DNA of 64,000 nt, taken from Tubiluchus corallicola. Its lineage: Eukaryota; Animalia; Priapulida. A program made the translations under genes and the position numbers. How positions within the stretch are numbered: position 1 is the stretch's first letter; each line of letters begins with the position of its first letter. The notes beneath the pieces were generated by a model, which had not been told where the DNA came from, did no database searches, and was given only the letters and a program-made list of their open reading frames with translations. Where the stretch lies: assembly GCA_030141605.1 (NCBI GenBank), contig JAQGDQ010000005.1, positions 868,180-932,179 of the forward strand. The letters run 5' to 3'. This document shows, piece after piece, positions 49,391 through 63,149 of the stretch.

Positions 49391-52300
49391 ATTTAAACAG
49401 TAAAAATGTGTTCTTGAGTTGTGCAAGATGGTTACATATAGGTGATAGTTTGACCTGTGTTTCAGTTTTAGGAAGAACTGGTCTTAACATCTATTATATG
49501 GCCATCTTTTTGCCAGTGTTCACAATTTCTCAGCCCATGGAATTACGAGGCAGAGATCCCGCTGTGATTGAGACTGGCAACAGTTGATTAACACCCAGAC
49601 AAACTTGCAGAAATTGGTCTAAAAACAGCACAAAGCCCCGAATATATTATAGCAGTATTAAAGTGGTTGTATGAGATTAATTGGAGCACATTTTATGAAT
49701 AGAAATCTGCAATATTTCGATTAAGTTAATCACTTGAGCCTCTGTTTTATTGGTACCTTACAAACTATGGTGTGACTAATTAGGTTCTTTAGCGACATGT
49801 AGTACCATCTGAAAAAGTCAAGGCATCAATGAGCTCATCTCGGCTAAGAAGTTTTGTTGTCAGCAGAGAACTTGCAAGTGCTAATGCTCATTCAGCTTCA
49901 CAAGCAGTTGGTACGATTGTTTGTAAATCAGTATATAAATGTGCTAGAGTAGAGGTCGGCTTCTGATTTTTGCACCAGCTATTTTGATATCCGAAACGTG
50001 ACGTCACCAATTTTTATCCGCTGTAAATAACTATGTACTGACAAAGCTAGTCTCCTGAAAAATATAATGTTGCCACCAACACACATCCAACTGCCATCTG
50101 TATGCCACAAAGTAATGACAGAAATGTACAATAATTCAACACTGGATAACATGGCACTGAAAAACATTGGTAGTTTTTGGGAGGAGATAAATTTTTTGTT
50201 GACTGTTTAAATTTGTAAATTTGCTTTTAATTTTGCTAATTCTAAAGGCAGTTTTTGTTAAGACGTCTTTCCCAATGAAGAGGAGGTTGTTTCCTGCAGC
50301 AATGATATTTTATTCTTTTACAGCAGCAACTGACGTCAAACATATTGATCTATCGCTCCACCTCCGCTGTAACGTAAGCACGCTTAGCAGCATTCAGGAC
50401 AACAACTGTCTAAGCTAAACTAAATTAAACTAAGCATCATGACAGTCACAACTAATGTCTAATCAGCAGATAAACTGATTGCACTTTTTCATAAACACAA
50501 ATTTGTAGACCAGAACTTTTTTTACACGAAATTAGCATTTCAAGTAGCCAAAAAATGACTTCAATTTAAACAGAACATAAAGACGAAGCTTCGAGCCATC
50601 ACAAAATACACAGACATAAGTATAATGAAGAAACTAAGCCAGCTAGCCTTGCTTTATAATAAATAAGTCTCTCTTGCCTTTGAATGTACAAACATCATGT
50701 CTGCGATGTATTTTTTCTATATTAACTGATCATGTACTCGCCTGCAAAATTTATTCAGTTTTTGTATTTTTCCATTTGTTAGGCTACGGAAATGGAATAA
50801 ATTTGATGGTTTCATTTCACAGACAATCCTTATATTGAATGCTCAACTTACACAAGTCCCAATGGCATCTTTTAACCATGATTATAACCAGAAAAATAGC
50901 GTAAAATTAACTAATATTACATTGATGTATAATACAAGTTTTGACCACATTTGAATTAATTTTGACTGTGAAGATCTCATTAAGGTTTATAAAAACTGGC
51001 CAGAAAAGAAAACATTTTGTTTGTCCTTATTTAAAGTTAATCAAATAGTTGTTTTTATCTAACTTGCAAAGCCATAAACTAAACTAAACTGCGTATTTTC
51101 TTGATTGCAAAATGGTTTAATCAGCAACTCATAGACTTAAGCGTTGTGCATTTCTTCCTATAAACGAAACTAGACTATATATTTCCACTAATTCTCTTGC
51201 AATTTCAATTAACAATAATAAAATCTAGAGCCAGGCCAGTATTTCTCCCGCTAACTAATGAAAAGTTGAACATTTTTCATAACAGTATTAGACACAGCTG
51301 ATGCTGGGTGCAAAATAACTTGTAAGCTGATAAGGCAGTCAACGAAAACATCAATCGTGTTAGACATCAATCGTGATGTAGAGGATTACTTTGTGGCAAA
51401 TTTTGTCAACCGTCAACACAGAAAAAGCCCACATTCTCATACTTTACTTGTAACAATAGAAATTGGGGAAAAAGCTGCACCTTTGATGTTGTAAAAAATT
51501 ATTTCCTGTAAAGCGGGAGCTTTGCAAAAAACCAAGTAATGATGTTGTCATTTTAATTACATTTATGCCTATTATTTGTTTTTCTGTTTGTTGATTTATT
51601 TCTATTTTAACTGATGGATGTTATAGGGCAGGAAAATTACAGATAGCTACTCATGGATTGCAAGCCCAATGCTACCATTATGCCATGAATTTTAAAACTG
51701 TAAAACTGGTGGGGTAATGTCCTACTAGTTTGTCAAAATTGCCTCATTAGCTGGTCATATTTGCCGCACTGCCAGCAGGGTCTTTAAAGCACTGCATTTC
51801 GGCTTCTGGCATGATACAACAGACTAGCTCCTTTCCATTTTAAATACTGTTTACTTTGCTTATACAACTGAGTGAAATACACCCAAAAATTAACTTGTCA
51901 TCCCTAAGTCTCTTTCTCACAGGCACATGTATAGAAATGAGTGCACAGAATGCTTGCCAAATGTTGTACAAATAAAATCAAACAAAAATACAAATTACTT
52001 GAATTTGGTCCGTCGTTTTTGAAGCAGTAAAATTCCCTGCATTATGTTAAATTTGTTTGCTAAGCAGCTGCTTTTCAGTTTAATACCACCATTTTATAGA
52101 AAGAAAAAAAGTAGTGCAAAGAGAAACAAATAGACAGAAAGACCATAGATATATTAGATACTTTGTTTTTGTTACTCAACTTCAGTATAAATGGTATTTT
52201 CACAAAGCTTACATCTTAGAAAAACAGACAGCAACAATTAATATACACTATACTGTACATGCTATCTACAAACAGCAGTAAGTTCAACTGCTACATGAGA

Positions 52301-52741
52301 CGTCTGGATCATTTAAAGTTTCGAAACATAGTCTTGGAAACCAAATCACAGTAAGATTACAGTTAGCAAACCACAGTGATGTAAAATGAAAGAATGATAA
52401 AGTTAGATCGGGAAGAGAGAAAATGGGAACATGATAGAAGAACACAGAGAAAAGAGGGACAGAAAGCATGAATGAGATGAAATGGAAGTCACAGACAGAG
52501 AGGAGTGAGACAAAGGTAGCCAGAGGTGGTCAAAGAAAAAAAGAGAGAATGACGATGAAAAGATGTGATAAGAGTGAGTGAGCGAGAAAGAATGGAATAA
52601 AGGAAACATATTATTCAAGTGACTACAATATTTACGGCTTCATCAGCGTCATAAGCCAACTAAAACAAGGAATTACGATGATGAAAGCCTCGACAAAATG
52701 TTCTTAAATTGATTTGTTGCACAATTAATCATGAACATCAC

Positions 52742-55700
52742 TCATCTGAACAATGTGAATTTCTTACTGCATAAGCTGCCTTCTTTGTTCAGTAACCCTT
52801 CTTGTATAGTCTGATAGCTGGGTAACTGTGAGAGCGTGCCGAGTGCAGCAACCGATGGCTTTGAACGCAACATTCTAGTCGCTACCCGTAGTATATCATC
52901 CCTGGTTATTTTACCTGCAGAAAAAACACTTCAACATGAAATTGCCACATATGTTAAAACTAAAATGATTCCTTTGGCTTTGTGCTTCCGTTGGCCCACA
53001 CTGTCTTCTCTTAAATCATCTTTTGTGGTCTAACCACCACAGATGTAAGGTCACTGGCCTTGAGACCATCATTTTTGTAAACTGCCATTTTATTTGCTGA
53101 GTTAGCCAAATCTGAAGCTGATTTTATTGAAGTACATTAAGCTATTAACAATTAATTGTCACTTATAAGTTACAACATTGCATTATGAACGCTAAATCAG
53201 ATCTTGCATGGACTAAAACAGATTCAAAGAAAGGAGTTTCTGGTTTGCTCACTAAAAGTTGTAAAATTGAATCCTGCTGTTACTTTGTACATTTTAGTGC
53301 TTTCAATACTTGAATAAATTATTATTATTTCTGTACACCAGATTAGCCTACATGTTTTTGCCCATGGTGTGCAAACAATAGTTTTCACATGTGATAATAC
53401 ATCTTTATCTAAAACTGTGAGTAATGTGATGTGTTGATCACATTTAACACAAAAATGCAGAATGGAGGCTCTAGAGTACCTATTTCTTCAACAAAAAATT
53501 GAGGTTGTCGTCGATGACCAGTAGACAATACTTGACGTGCAATATCTTCAAACACAACTGGCCTGCTCTCCAAATTCATCATTAGCATTGACTGGAGTTG
53601 AGTTTTGGCACGATCAAGTTCCACTGGATCTGTGTCTCCAACCATAAGTAGAAATTCCTTAGTAATCACATCCACAAGTTCTGCCAGCTAAGCCAAAATG
53701 GTGATAATAGTAAGGTAATGGTATAAATGCTACAAAATTATTTTTGCACAATCATTAATGATCAATAATCGTTGATTAAGATAAAAATGTAATGTATAAA
53801 TTAATAAACTAACAGTTGAGGTAATATTGCACTTACTATGGTTTACTTATTTAAGCCTTATTACTACCATAGTAATAAACCATTAGATGCCAATATTTAA
53901 TAATTATTTACATAGTAATAAACAACACACATAGATCATGAATACCCACAACCTGTATTACATGGCACTTGTAAAATGGAACGAATAAAATAAGGACAAC
54001 GGATTACTAAAAGTGACCATACTTGTGATGGATGGGCACTTGCGTGAATACAAAACAATCCTGCATCATTGTATGCATGATTGTAGGCTGTAGCATTGTA
54101 CATCCAGTGGTATCTAAAAATGCACAAACAACAACTTTACGTCAAAATAAACTTCGAATTTTGTCACTAGTAAGTGAACTATTTTTCTGCTATTCTAATA
54201 CAGTATAACATCATAATAACGAACCTGCTAGGGATCCAGAAAAAAGTACTTTATAACCGAGGTATTCTATAAGCATACAGAGCTAATCATATGTATATCA
54301 CTACTATATGGAGAAGCACTTATGAAAATGTGTGACTTCATAGAGGATGTATTAGAACATGCTAAAAAATTGTATAAGTATAAATATTGTCTCTTGTATA
54401 AAAAGTTTTTGCAGTAAACCAAAGGCAGTAAGATTCATAATGAAATATACACAGTACCCTGCCATTAGGTTTGAAAAACAGGTGGATGCCAAGGAGCTAA
54501 ATGACTGACTGTTTTTATACAGCCAGTAGACGAAATTGTCTTAATGCACAATGTGTTAATAATTGGAACCATATCCTGCATGCCCAACAACTTTTTTGCT
54601 GCACCAGGAATGACGGGTTAAATTTAACTGTAAATTAATTTAGAAACGGCTGACAAAAGTAAAGTATTCGATAAAAACTTATAAATACATAGTAATACAG
54701 GCAATGCAGAAAAGAAATCAGCAATATACAATAAACGAGTATGCTGTATGCAAAACTATTATATTAGTTAAATAAATGATCTTGAGGATTCACATATCAG
54801 TTTTAAAAACTGTTTAATCTAAACCAAATAAATAATGTTTAAACTAATAAATGATGAAAGTTCTTTTTGTGAGTTTGCATTACTGGCATGTATGCAATAA
54901 ACTATGTTAGCTATTATGGTGTTATACTGTATATGTATTTAATGAGTGGTCGCTCAGTTAAATAACGTAGGCAAGTTAATCAGCGAGATATTAAACTGAT
55001 GATGTGATCTCACTGTCCGAGTTCTGAACTTCAAATCAGCATCCATTTGATATTTCAAGCCCGAGCTCTGAAAGTCAGGTATCTGGACATAGACTATAAA
55101 TCACTAATTAATGTGAGAAATAAACTACGCTATTTAGGTTCTTTTTAAATGGGATCTTTACTGATAGTACGGAGATGTAACGCTAACGAGCAAAATGATA
55201 GGCTTGTAACTTTAAGCTAAATTCCTGAAATCTGACTCAGATCGAGACTCAGTTCTGAATTTTGTTTAAGCCCATTTTCACAGATTTAAATTACTGAGGG
55301 TTTAATCCTCAAAAATGAAATCGTAATTGCAAATCATAAACCCCAAACTTCCAAAAATCCACTTGAACCACACCTACCTGTTCAACACGTTGAGATACAA
55401 GCGGGTGTACATTCCCTTGCCCGGCCCACCAGCAGAGAATGATCCGCCTCCACCCATCATCATGTTTAGTACACAAAATGCCACAAAATCAGAATGCTTA
55501 TGGCTGCTGCTCTCCATACCCAGTACAAAGTGAGCTAGTTCAGGAATAGGTGAAGGACCTAGGCTAACGTTTGACATATCTTTTTGTCTCTGCAAAAAAA
55601 CGACATTTTACAATTTTCAGTCCAAAAGGAACACTGCTTAATAAGAATGCTTGTCTAAAATATAGCAACGATGCACTGGAAAGGGACAGAATACAAAAAT

Positions 55701-58700
55701 CGCGGGCAGCATTTGTAATTAGCATTATCATTAGCACAATCACAAAATTCCAATTATGCATAAATATAACCACTACAACATAACGAAGGCAATAAAATGT
55801 AAGAATGCAAGTTTAAATTTATGCACTACCTAGAGCAAATACGACAGCAGTGCTATATCTCTGATGCATGTGAAGATAATGACTGATCCTGACTAACTGA
55901 CACCGACTAGCATAAAAATTAAGATCTGGTTTAGCCAGGCAGGTTTATAGCTCAAAGGAACAAAATTTGAGTCCTGATACAATAAGGTTCTGAATCATGA
56001 ATGACAACATTTTTAAAAAGCCTTCCACCTTCTAAATTTAAATGTTGGTAATAACATATCTTGCCATTATTGTTGTAAGTATAATGTACAAAGAAATAGA
56101 GATCAAACATTGATGGGCTGATCGTCTCAGTTATACAGCTTCTAATAACGTCTAAGAATTTTTTACTGATGTACATAGACCTGTGCTGCAGAAATTTTGT
56201 TCATCATACCAAACCGGAAATTTAGTTGTTAGTGAAAGAAATTCATGCCATTTAGTGGAACATCCTGTACATGGTGTCCACTGATCTACAAAGCTGAAAA
56301 AACTATATAATAGCAGGTTTATTTATATAATAATTACTAACCAAAATTTCTCCACCAGTGTACTGGGCCAATGACTCATCTTGCAGATCTCTTGTCTCTA
56401 ATACCAAGCTTTCATCCTCCTCCCAAACTGGCTTCTCTGATACAAAATACTTTTGAGCAGTGTTGACTAAATCTTCATGCTCTACACCAACCCCTGCAAA
56501 CAAATTCTAAGAAATCAATCATTCCACAGTAAACTGCAAGACTTACAGGTTCATTTTTCTGAGATGAGAATGCATGGCCCAGTGGTCGTAGTATTGTGCT
56601 TGGTGATTGGTGTTAAGAATGGCATAAAAGCTGTTCAGTTACTGGATGGGTAAACTGCTTCAAGTTTGTTCTGGGCCATTTCATTCACCACGTTAATTTC
56701 GGTGGTTTACCTCCTATGGGAGAATGTATACATATCTGCTTCTTAGCTGGGGCACCTCTGCCAGTTCAGTGGCTCAGCCTAGAAAATCAGTTTTTAATAA
56801 AGAATCAGGTCTCAGTCTTACCATGACCATTCCATTTGTGTTGACCTGTTGTTGAATCGTGGATTCCAACATAAAGGTTCAGTATTGTACAAATTGGTTC
56901 GCATAGTTTGTACTAATCAAACTCATTTCTTCTCTGGCACGGAGTTTTCTTGTTTTGATGATAAGAAAACAGTGCAAGACATAGTAACCACAAAGCAAAA
57001 CAGTGCAAGACATAGTAAACACAAAGCAACTAATTTTACACATTGCATAATTTTTGATACCTCCTTTACAGGTGTTAATGTGAATATATATTTGCAGTAA
57101 CTCTACAAACTGTAAATTTATTTGATAAAGCACACAAATTTATCAAATAAATGCATAAAACTCAATCATTGCAATAGAAAATGCCTCACATAACAGATTT
57201 GGTACAAATCTTGACAACTTAAATCGTAAAGTTTAAAAGGCATAATTAAAAAAGTTTTTAACAATCAAAAATTAGAAGAATATTTCAGACTTCATTACCT
57301 GCAAGGACCATCCTGGCTGGAGTGAAGTAATTTTTCAGAAATGTGAATAAAACATGTCTATTTACATTGAATACATTCTCTCTAGGGCAGAGTTTTGGAA
57401 GGCCCAGAGTGTTGTCTCTAAATGCAGCCTGTAAAATAAATACCTTATACACACTGCACGAAACAGATTGAAAGGTTAATTCAAGATCTTGCAAACACAC
57501 CTACGCAATTACCACTTCAATCAAGCTGAATTAGACGGTAAGTCAAGTATGAATTCTCTTTGAAAATCCCAAATAAATCAAGCGGGCCTAGAAAAGAACA
57601 CAGGAAAATATTTGGAGACTGATGTGTGGCAGCAGTTGTTTCAAGTCAATAACAAGTTAACTTTCTTGGTTAGTTGAGCAAGTTAAAGCAGAGGCAGTGG
57701 GGGTAAAAACATAAAGTGTATTGATGTCATATTCTGTCATTCTGATATGAAATACAACTTCCGGCTGAGAATAACAGACAAACAGCCATTACGTTCACCA
57801 GCAGGTAACCTTAGCTGCTGTGTTTCATGAACTGAAAAGAGTTTGTCATGAAAAATATCAGCGTCCCTATTGCACCTACATAAGTGTCGTCAATTCTACA
57901 CACATTTCACTCTCAAATACAATTTTACAATAGAGGATTACAGAGCGTAATTGTACTATTATTTAAAATGTCACCCATTCTATAAACTTAGTGATATCAA
58001 CAAATGTGAGTTCATTATAGTGAACCTCCTAGGCACTCTATAAGCACATGCGACTAATATAAATAATGTACAATGAATGGCTTCATAGAGGATGTAAAGG
58101 ACTTTTGGAAGATACTAATAAGTCTCAACTATGCAATATAATTAAATTCAATAAAATGTACTTTAAGCAACTCCAATAAACTAAAAATCAATACACATTA
58201 AAAAAAGTCAGTCGCTTTTTTCACACAAAATTTCTGTTTTGTCCCTTGTGTATAAATAGTTTTTGCAGCAAAGTAACTGCAGTAAGGTTCATCACTTGAA
58301 ACATCTCAGGAGTGAGTTGCCAGTGAAACACCTTAGCAGTGCGATGCCTGTGTAAAATAGCTGAGTGCCAAGCTACTGAGTGACCCATGTTGTTTTTATA
58401 CAGCTAGTAGACAAAATGACATTTCAACATGAAATCTTAACAGCTCCGCATGCCACATGCTCAGCAACTTTTTTGCAGCACCAGGGTTGACTGGTTAAAT
58501 TTAACTGCTAATTAATTTAGAAATTGCTGGCAAAGACAAAGTATGCAATAATGGATTTATAATGTAGTACTTTTTTAGATTTAATATGTAAAAATCTTAT
58601 GAATAACTACAAAAAAAAACTTGCATGCGAATTTATTATAAAAATTATGATCAGTTTACGCGAAACTCATTCTAGGATATTATTGCCACCATCTTGAAAT

Positions 58701-61700
58701 GAAAAACCGACTCCGCCAAACGATGCGGAATTCATTTCAATATATTCATGTGAAGTTTCATGACAATCCATCGCAAAGTCACAGAGCCTTAGACTTTTTT
58801 CCAAAGGTCCTCACACCAACAAAATAACAACAAGAACAACAAGAAACACATCCGCAACAGAGGAATGGTGATTTGGGTTGAATCTTTCGACCTAAAACCA
58901 CATCCATATTAACGAGTGCCTGCATACTCCACACAAATATTAATTATAACTAAATTATCTTTTACAGCTCAGGATTTAGAATTAGCAAAATGAGTCGTCC
59001 ATTTTCACATACTTCACAATATATATAGGCATAAATACAAGTGATGAAAAGATTATGCAATAAAATTTACCATTAAATTGATGAAGAGCACACGTTTAAA
59101 ATGACGTAATTAAAAGCTGTAAATAGATAATCTATGTCAATTTAAATAGAAACTGTACATTAGAAGTATGGGACAGAGATTACATACTGTAGTCCAGAAA
59201 AAAGCAAGAGCTAAAAATTTCCTGTATGCATTAATTTTACAGTTTACCAAAGTATTAGCGTTAAGTTCAAGTAAACTATTGTAGTGGATTGGATTTCTAA
59301 ACTTGCAGTTTTAGGTCAAACTCAGTCGAAGTTAGCAGTTCTGAAAAAGATGAGCTACTTACCGCATGTATCATTTCATTTAACAAAGGTTCTGGATCAG
59401 GCCTCATGTCTAAATCTTCTAATTCATAACTGATCGCTGCTTGTGCCAATTCTACCTGGTTAAGTACATTTGAGTTAAGACAAGGCTACAGAGATGCTGC
59501 ACTAACACGATTACAGTAATTTACTTCACACTTCAATTAAATCAATACCAACTAATTAAATTAAAATTCGGACTTTTTTATCAAATACTGGATGTTTCCA
59601 ATTTCAACAGTTTATTTTCAAAATATTGCTTTATAAAAAAAACAAAAATTTTGTTATTGACTTTCAGCTGGAGATTGATACTAACCATTTCTCCATTATA
59701 CAAAACTCAAAAGTGGCAAAAAATGAAAACACACTGCAAATGAATAAATAAACTTAGACAATAACTAACTTGTAAACTGTACAAATAAAAATTACAACCT
59801 CTGTATTCAAAATATTAGGACGAAGAACCACGTCTGCAATTAACTTTACAACCTTATCCAAACCAGAACTATAGGCAGAGGCTGCATAAATTGCTGTATC
59901 CCTGCAAATATCAGTCATTCGTACAAGACAATTTGACATACGCAATAACAGGCACAAAATCAAAAGAGAGTTAGTTTATTTAGATGTATACCAGTTTCTG
60001 TAAAAGATCATTCAAGACACAGATCATGGTAAAATAACAGAAAACTCAGCAAGATAATCAGAATGACATTTGGAGTTTTTGATATTTGACTTTATGCTAA
60101 CCATTTCCTGAAATGGAGTACCTTTCCTTAATTATGATAGCTCTAAGGTTCGTATAAGCATTACTATCCTTCCAGAAAAAACTCAATTGGCTAAGGAAAA
60201 CCTTTAAAAATTTTTAGTAAAGCTCTGAATCAAACTAGAACTTTAGTGTGTTCAAATGCAACACAACTTAGGCCAGTTAAACAATAGAAACCACTTTTTA
60301 AAAAAGTCGAACACTTAACTTCAATAGGAATGCTAGGCCTCCGGGTAAGTTTTGTTAAAAAATAAAATTACCGAGATATCTGGCAATCACATATGCCACC
60401 TTCTTTCTCCAGTTCCAGTAGAATTTTATCCCTGTTCTCATACTCTTTGGATGACTAAAAATATACAAAGTTACCATGTAAAGTTTTTCATTTCTTTTAT
60501 TTACCTTTAATACTACACATGCCATATAAACACACGCATAATACACATGTTAATATACCTTCTTCGGGTAAATAGCTGGTGCCACATTTTTGTACAGTAG
60601 TCTTCGAATTCAGATCTAGCACTAAGAAGTCAGGCCTCCATAATGTAGAGGGCTGTAGTATGACTAAATCTAGTTCATTACCCGAAGTAATCTTCTAAAA
60701 TGAGCACATGGGGTAGAAATGTCATAGCCATGGTGTTTGCAGACTTAATAATTATCAAGTCAAAGTATTTCATGAGCAGAATTTAATAAAACAACTATTT
60801 TTGTTTTTCGATACTTACCGAAAATGCTAGTTTTTCCAAAAAGTGGGAAATTCCACTAGGAAATGTTACTTCATGTCGTGACCCACAGTCAATCGCAACT
60901 AGAAACAAATTAGATAAACTTAACGACCCAAATTGATCTAAACGATTGACTTTCATACATATTCTTTGTTCTTGTGGTTAAGCTGCTAAAATAAGTCATT
61001 TTTCCTAATCTGTAAACATTACATTTACTAAGAAAACCTAATGAGCTTAAAAGTTATAGATGCAGACCATCCTGCTCAGCCAAATGAGAATAATTACATC
61101 AAATTTATACTTTAACAATTTATTTATAATTTAACAAGCTTTTTAAGTACCATATGTATATGTAATGCAATCCTTGTTTAGCAGCGGCCACTAAGCTGGC
61201 AAAAATGGATAAAGTTTTCACAATGCTAGAGACCACTGCTACAAAAAGGTGACAAGAAATTATTTTTACATCACGCTGAAATCAATTGCTTCACAACATT
61301 CCTTGTTTAAATTAAACTACGATGCATACTAATATTGCGATGTATGAATGAGTTTAAATTTCATATAGATTATGATTAAAGAAAAAGGTACCAAGCCGGC
61401 ATTCTGAATGATGATACGTATATCATGTTCAGAGTGACTTGGAAGTATATAAAAGTTCCCCTCATCAAACCTCTTTCAGTTCAAATAAACCTATATAATG
61501 AAAGGCCAATAACAGCAGAAAATAAAATGCTTTGGTTTCTATATATCTATATATAGTTTTAGTTTTTCTACATGTCATGATGCACTTAAATTTATAGAGC
61601 TTGGCATATTTATCCTGACAATGCACTTACCTCCAACTGTGCAAAAACGACCATATTTTTTCTCAGATGCCACCTTAAGGCCATTCTCTAAAACTGTCAC

Positions 61701-61842
61701 CTTAGTCTCCTGAGGCTGATGAGTGACTATTGCATATTTAGCTTTTGGAAGATCTGGCAATGTCGCAGACAGCAGAACTTTATTAGGATCGGCATTGTCA
61801 CTGTTGCAGTTAGTGCTTGATGTTCGAATATGGCCTTGAGGG
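52742..61842 (-). CDS. PMPCA: Mitochondrial-processing peptidase subunit alpha (M16B); 5'-incomplete
   Basis: Exons 61842-61631, 60898-60819, 60454-60372, 59901-59799, 59455-59363, 57428-57299, 56493-56342, 55589-55378, 54113-54023, 53687-53480, 52914-52742. Motifs [15 protein letters not shown], the degenerate zinc motif HFLEK, and the glycine-rich loop [20 protein letters not shown]. The start-codon exon was not located. Confidence 0.97.
54201..54929. mobile_element. Tigger/pogo-like MITE in a PMPCA intron
   Basis: TA|CAGTATAACATCATAATAAC ... GCTATTATGGTGTTATACTG|TA. Confidence 0.75.
56966..57027. repeat. 31-bp tandem duplication
   Basis: aaaacagtgcaagacatagtaa(c/a)cacaaagc x2. Confidence 0.85.
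58030..58565 (+). mobile_element. Older, truncated relative of the 54201-54929 MITE
   Basis: Collinear shared blocks: cttcatagaggatgta, gtttttgcag, tgtttttatacagc, caactttttt..gcaccagg..ggttaaatttaactg..aattaatttagaaa. Confidence 0.7.
58650..58900 (+). mobile_element. HINE-like element remnant
   Basis: ccatcttgaaa and gtgaagtttcatgacaatcc motifs, an (aac)n/aacaag tract, and the terminal hairpin ggttgaatctttcgacc. Confidence 0.4.
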
Positions 61843-62029
61843 CTGAAACAAACACACAGCAATCACTTCATCTACACAACACCACGAGCTGCATCACAAC
61901 TGTCAGCATTTTTTATAATTAGTATAGGTACCAAACTGGCACTTTTCTAGCCGCAAAACTTCTTGTAGCTAGAAAATTTTCACTGCAAAAAGTGATTCAG
62001 AAGAATAATCCATGAGTTTTGTGAGGTAA

Positions 62030-63103
62030 TATGAAGTTTGCAGATAAAAACATTTGTGGATCTGCAATCGCCTTATCTGGAAAGATTTCACATACAAAAC
62101 ACCATGTAATTTAAAATTTTGTAATTGATTTTTTAACAGTGTTACAGTTAAAAACTTGTTATAATAACATATACAATAGAGGTAAGTTAAAACTGACAAC
62201 AAAGCATCTTAGCTGTGCAGATGATAGTACAATAGAAATCAGAAAGATTACATGCAAAGTATAAAGGTAAAGATTAGAAAGCAAGGCCGACACTCTAGAC
62301 AGTTCTGTGTAGTCCAGGTAAATATGGACATCAAAGCTGGAAAATGAAATACAGTGGACTCTCGTTATAAGAATCACCTCGGGAGAAGGCAAAGTGATTC
62401 TTATAACAAGCGATTCTTATAACGAGCATGACACAGAATTGCTTTAAAAAAATTTTATGCACATAAAAATTATTTATTTCCCGAAATTACGCTAGAAACG
62501 ACATGAAACAGCATAATGTTTTTCTGGCCTAAAAAGGACCTAAAAATTACTAGACTAATGTTTTCATTTCATGGTTGGGTAAATATTTCATGATGCCAGA
62601 ATTGCCTTAAAAATTTTTTAATGCACATAATTTTTTTCCTCCACGCCCACTGCGCAGAACCTTGTAAGCAGGGCGTGAGAGACAATGGAGTTGGCGCCAA
62701 AATTGATTCTACTATCGAAAGAAGGGTGATTCTTATACGAGCGGATTTTCACTAGGAAAATGCCGAATCAATTCGGGAAACGCGATTTTGATTCTTATAT
62801 CGAGCTGATTCTTATACGTGTGATTCTTGTAACGAGAGTCCACTGTAGATGCACATTTTTCTTTGTGGATCTATCAAATGAAAAAGCAATAAAATACTGC
62901 TAATTTTTAAATATTAAAGATTGAAATCATGGTTATAAAGCTGCTAAAGGTTCCAGCTTGGCAATTTGTAATCTCTTATAATAATTATAACACTTGCTTA
63001 TGAAGTTTGCAGACAGTAACATTTGTAGATCTGCAATCGTTTTATCTGGAAAGATTTCATATAAAAACACCATATGATTTAAAATTTTGCAATTAATTTT
63101 TTA
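62030..63103 (+). repeat. ~105-bp dispersed direct repeat (62030-62135 and 62999-63103)
   Basis: tatgaagtttgcaga...catttgt.gatctgcaatcg..ttatctggaaagatttca...aacaccat...atttaaaattttg.aatt is present in both. Confidence 0.85.
62352..62845. mobile_element. Young Tigger/pogo-like MITE
   Basis: TA|CAGTGGACTCTCGTTATAAGAATCAC ... GTGATTCTTGTAACGAGAGTCCACTG|TA: 26-bp TIR with 1 mismatch, TA TSD, and gattcttata subrepeats. Confidence 0.92.
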
Positions 63104-63149
63104 TTAAGTCCCCACTGCCCTTAATACTGAAAATTCATTTATTCATGAT

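Noticed and set aside
56565-56800. tRNA gene
   Set aside because: Only a box A-like start (TGGCCCAGTGG), with no box B or cloverleaf; at most a very old SINE.
43531-57027. CRISPR-like short direct repeats (31-bp and 23-bp units)
   Set aside because: Contiguous tandem duplications without spacers, in a eukaryotic context, with no cas genes.
60819-60860. Inactivated metalloprotease motif (HFLEK instead of HxxEH)
   Set aside because: Normal for the non-catalytic alpha-MPP subunit.
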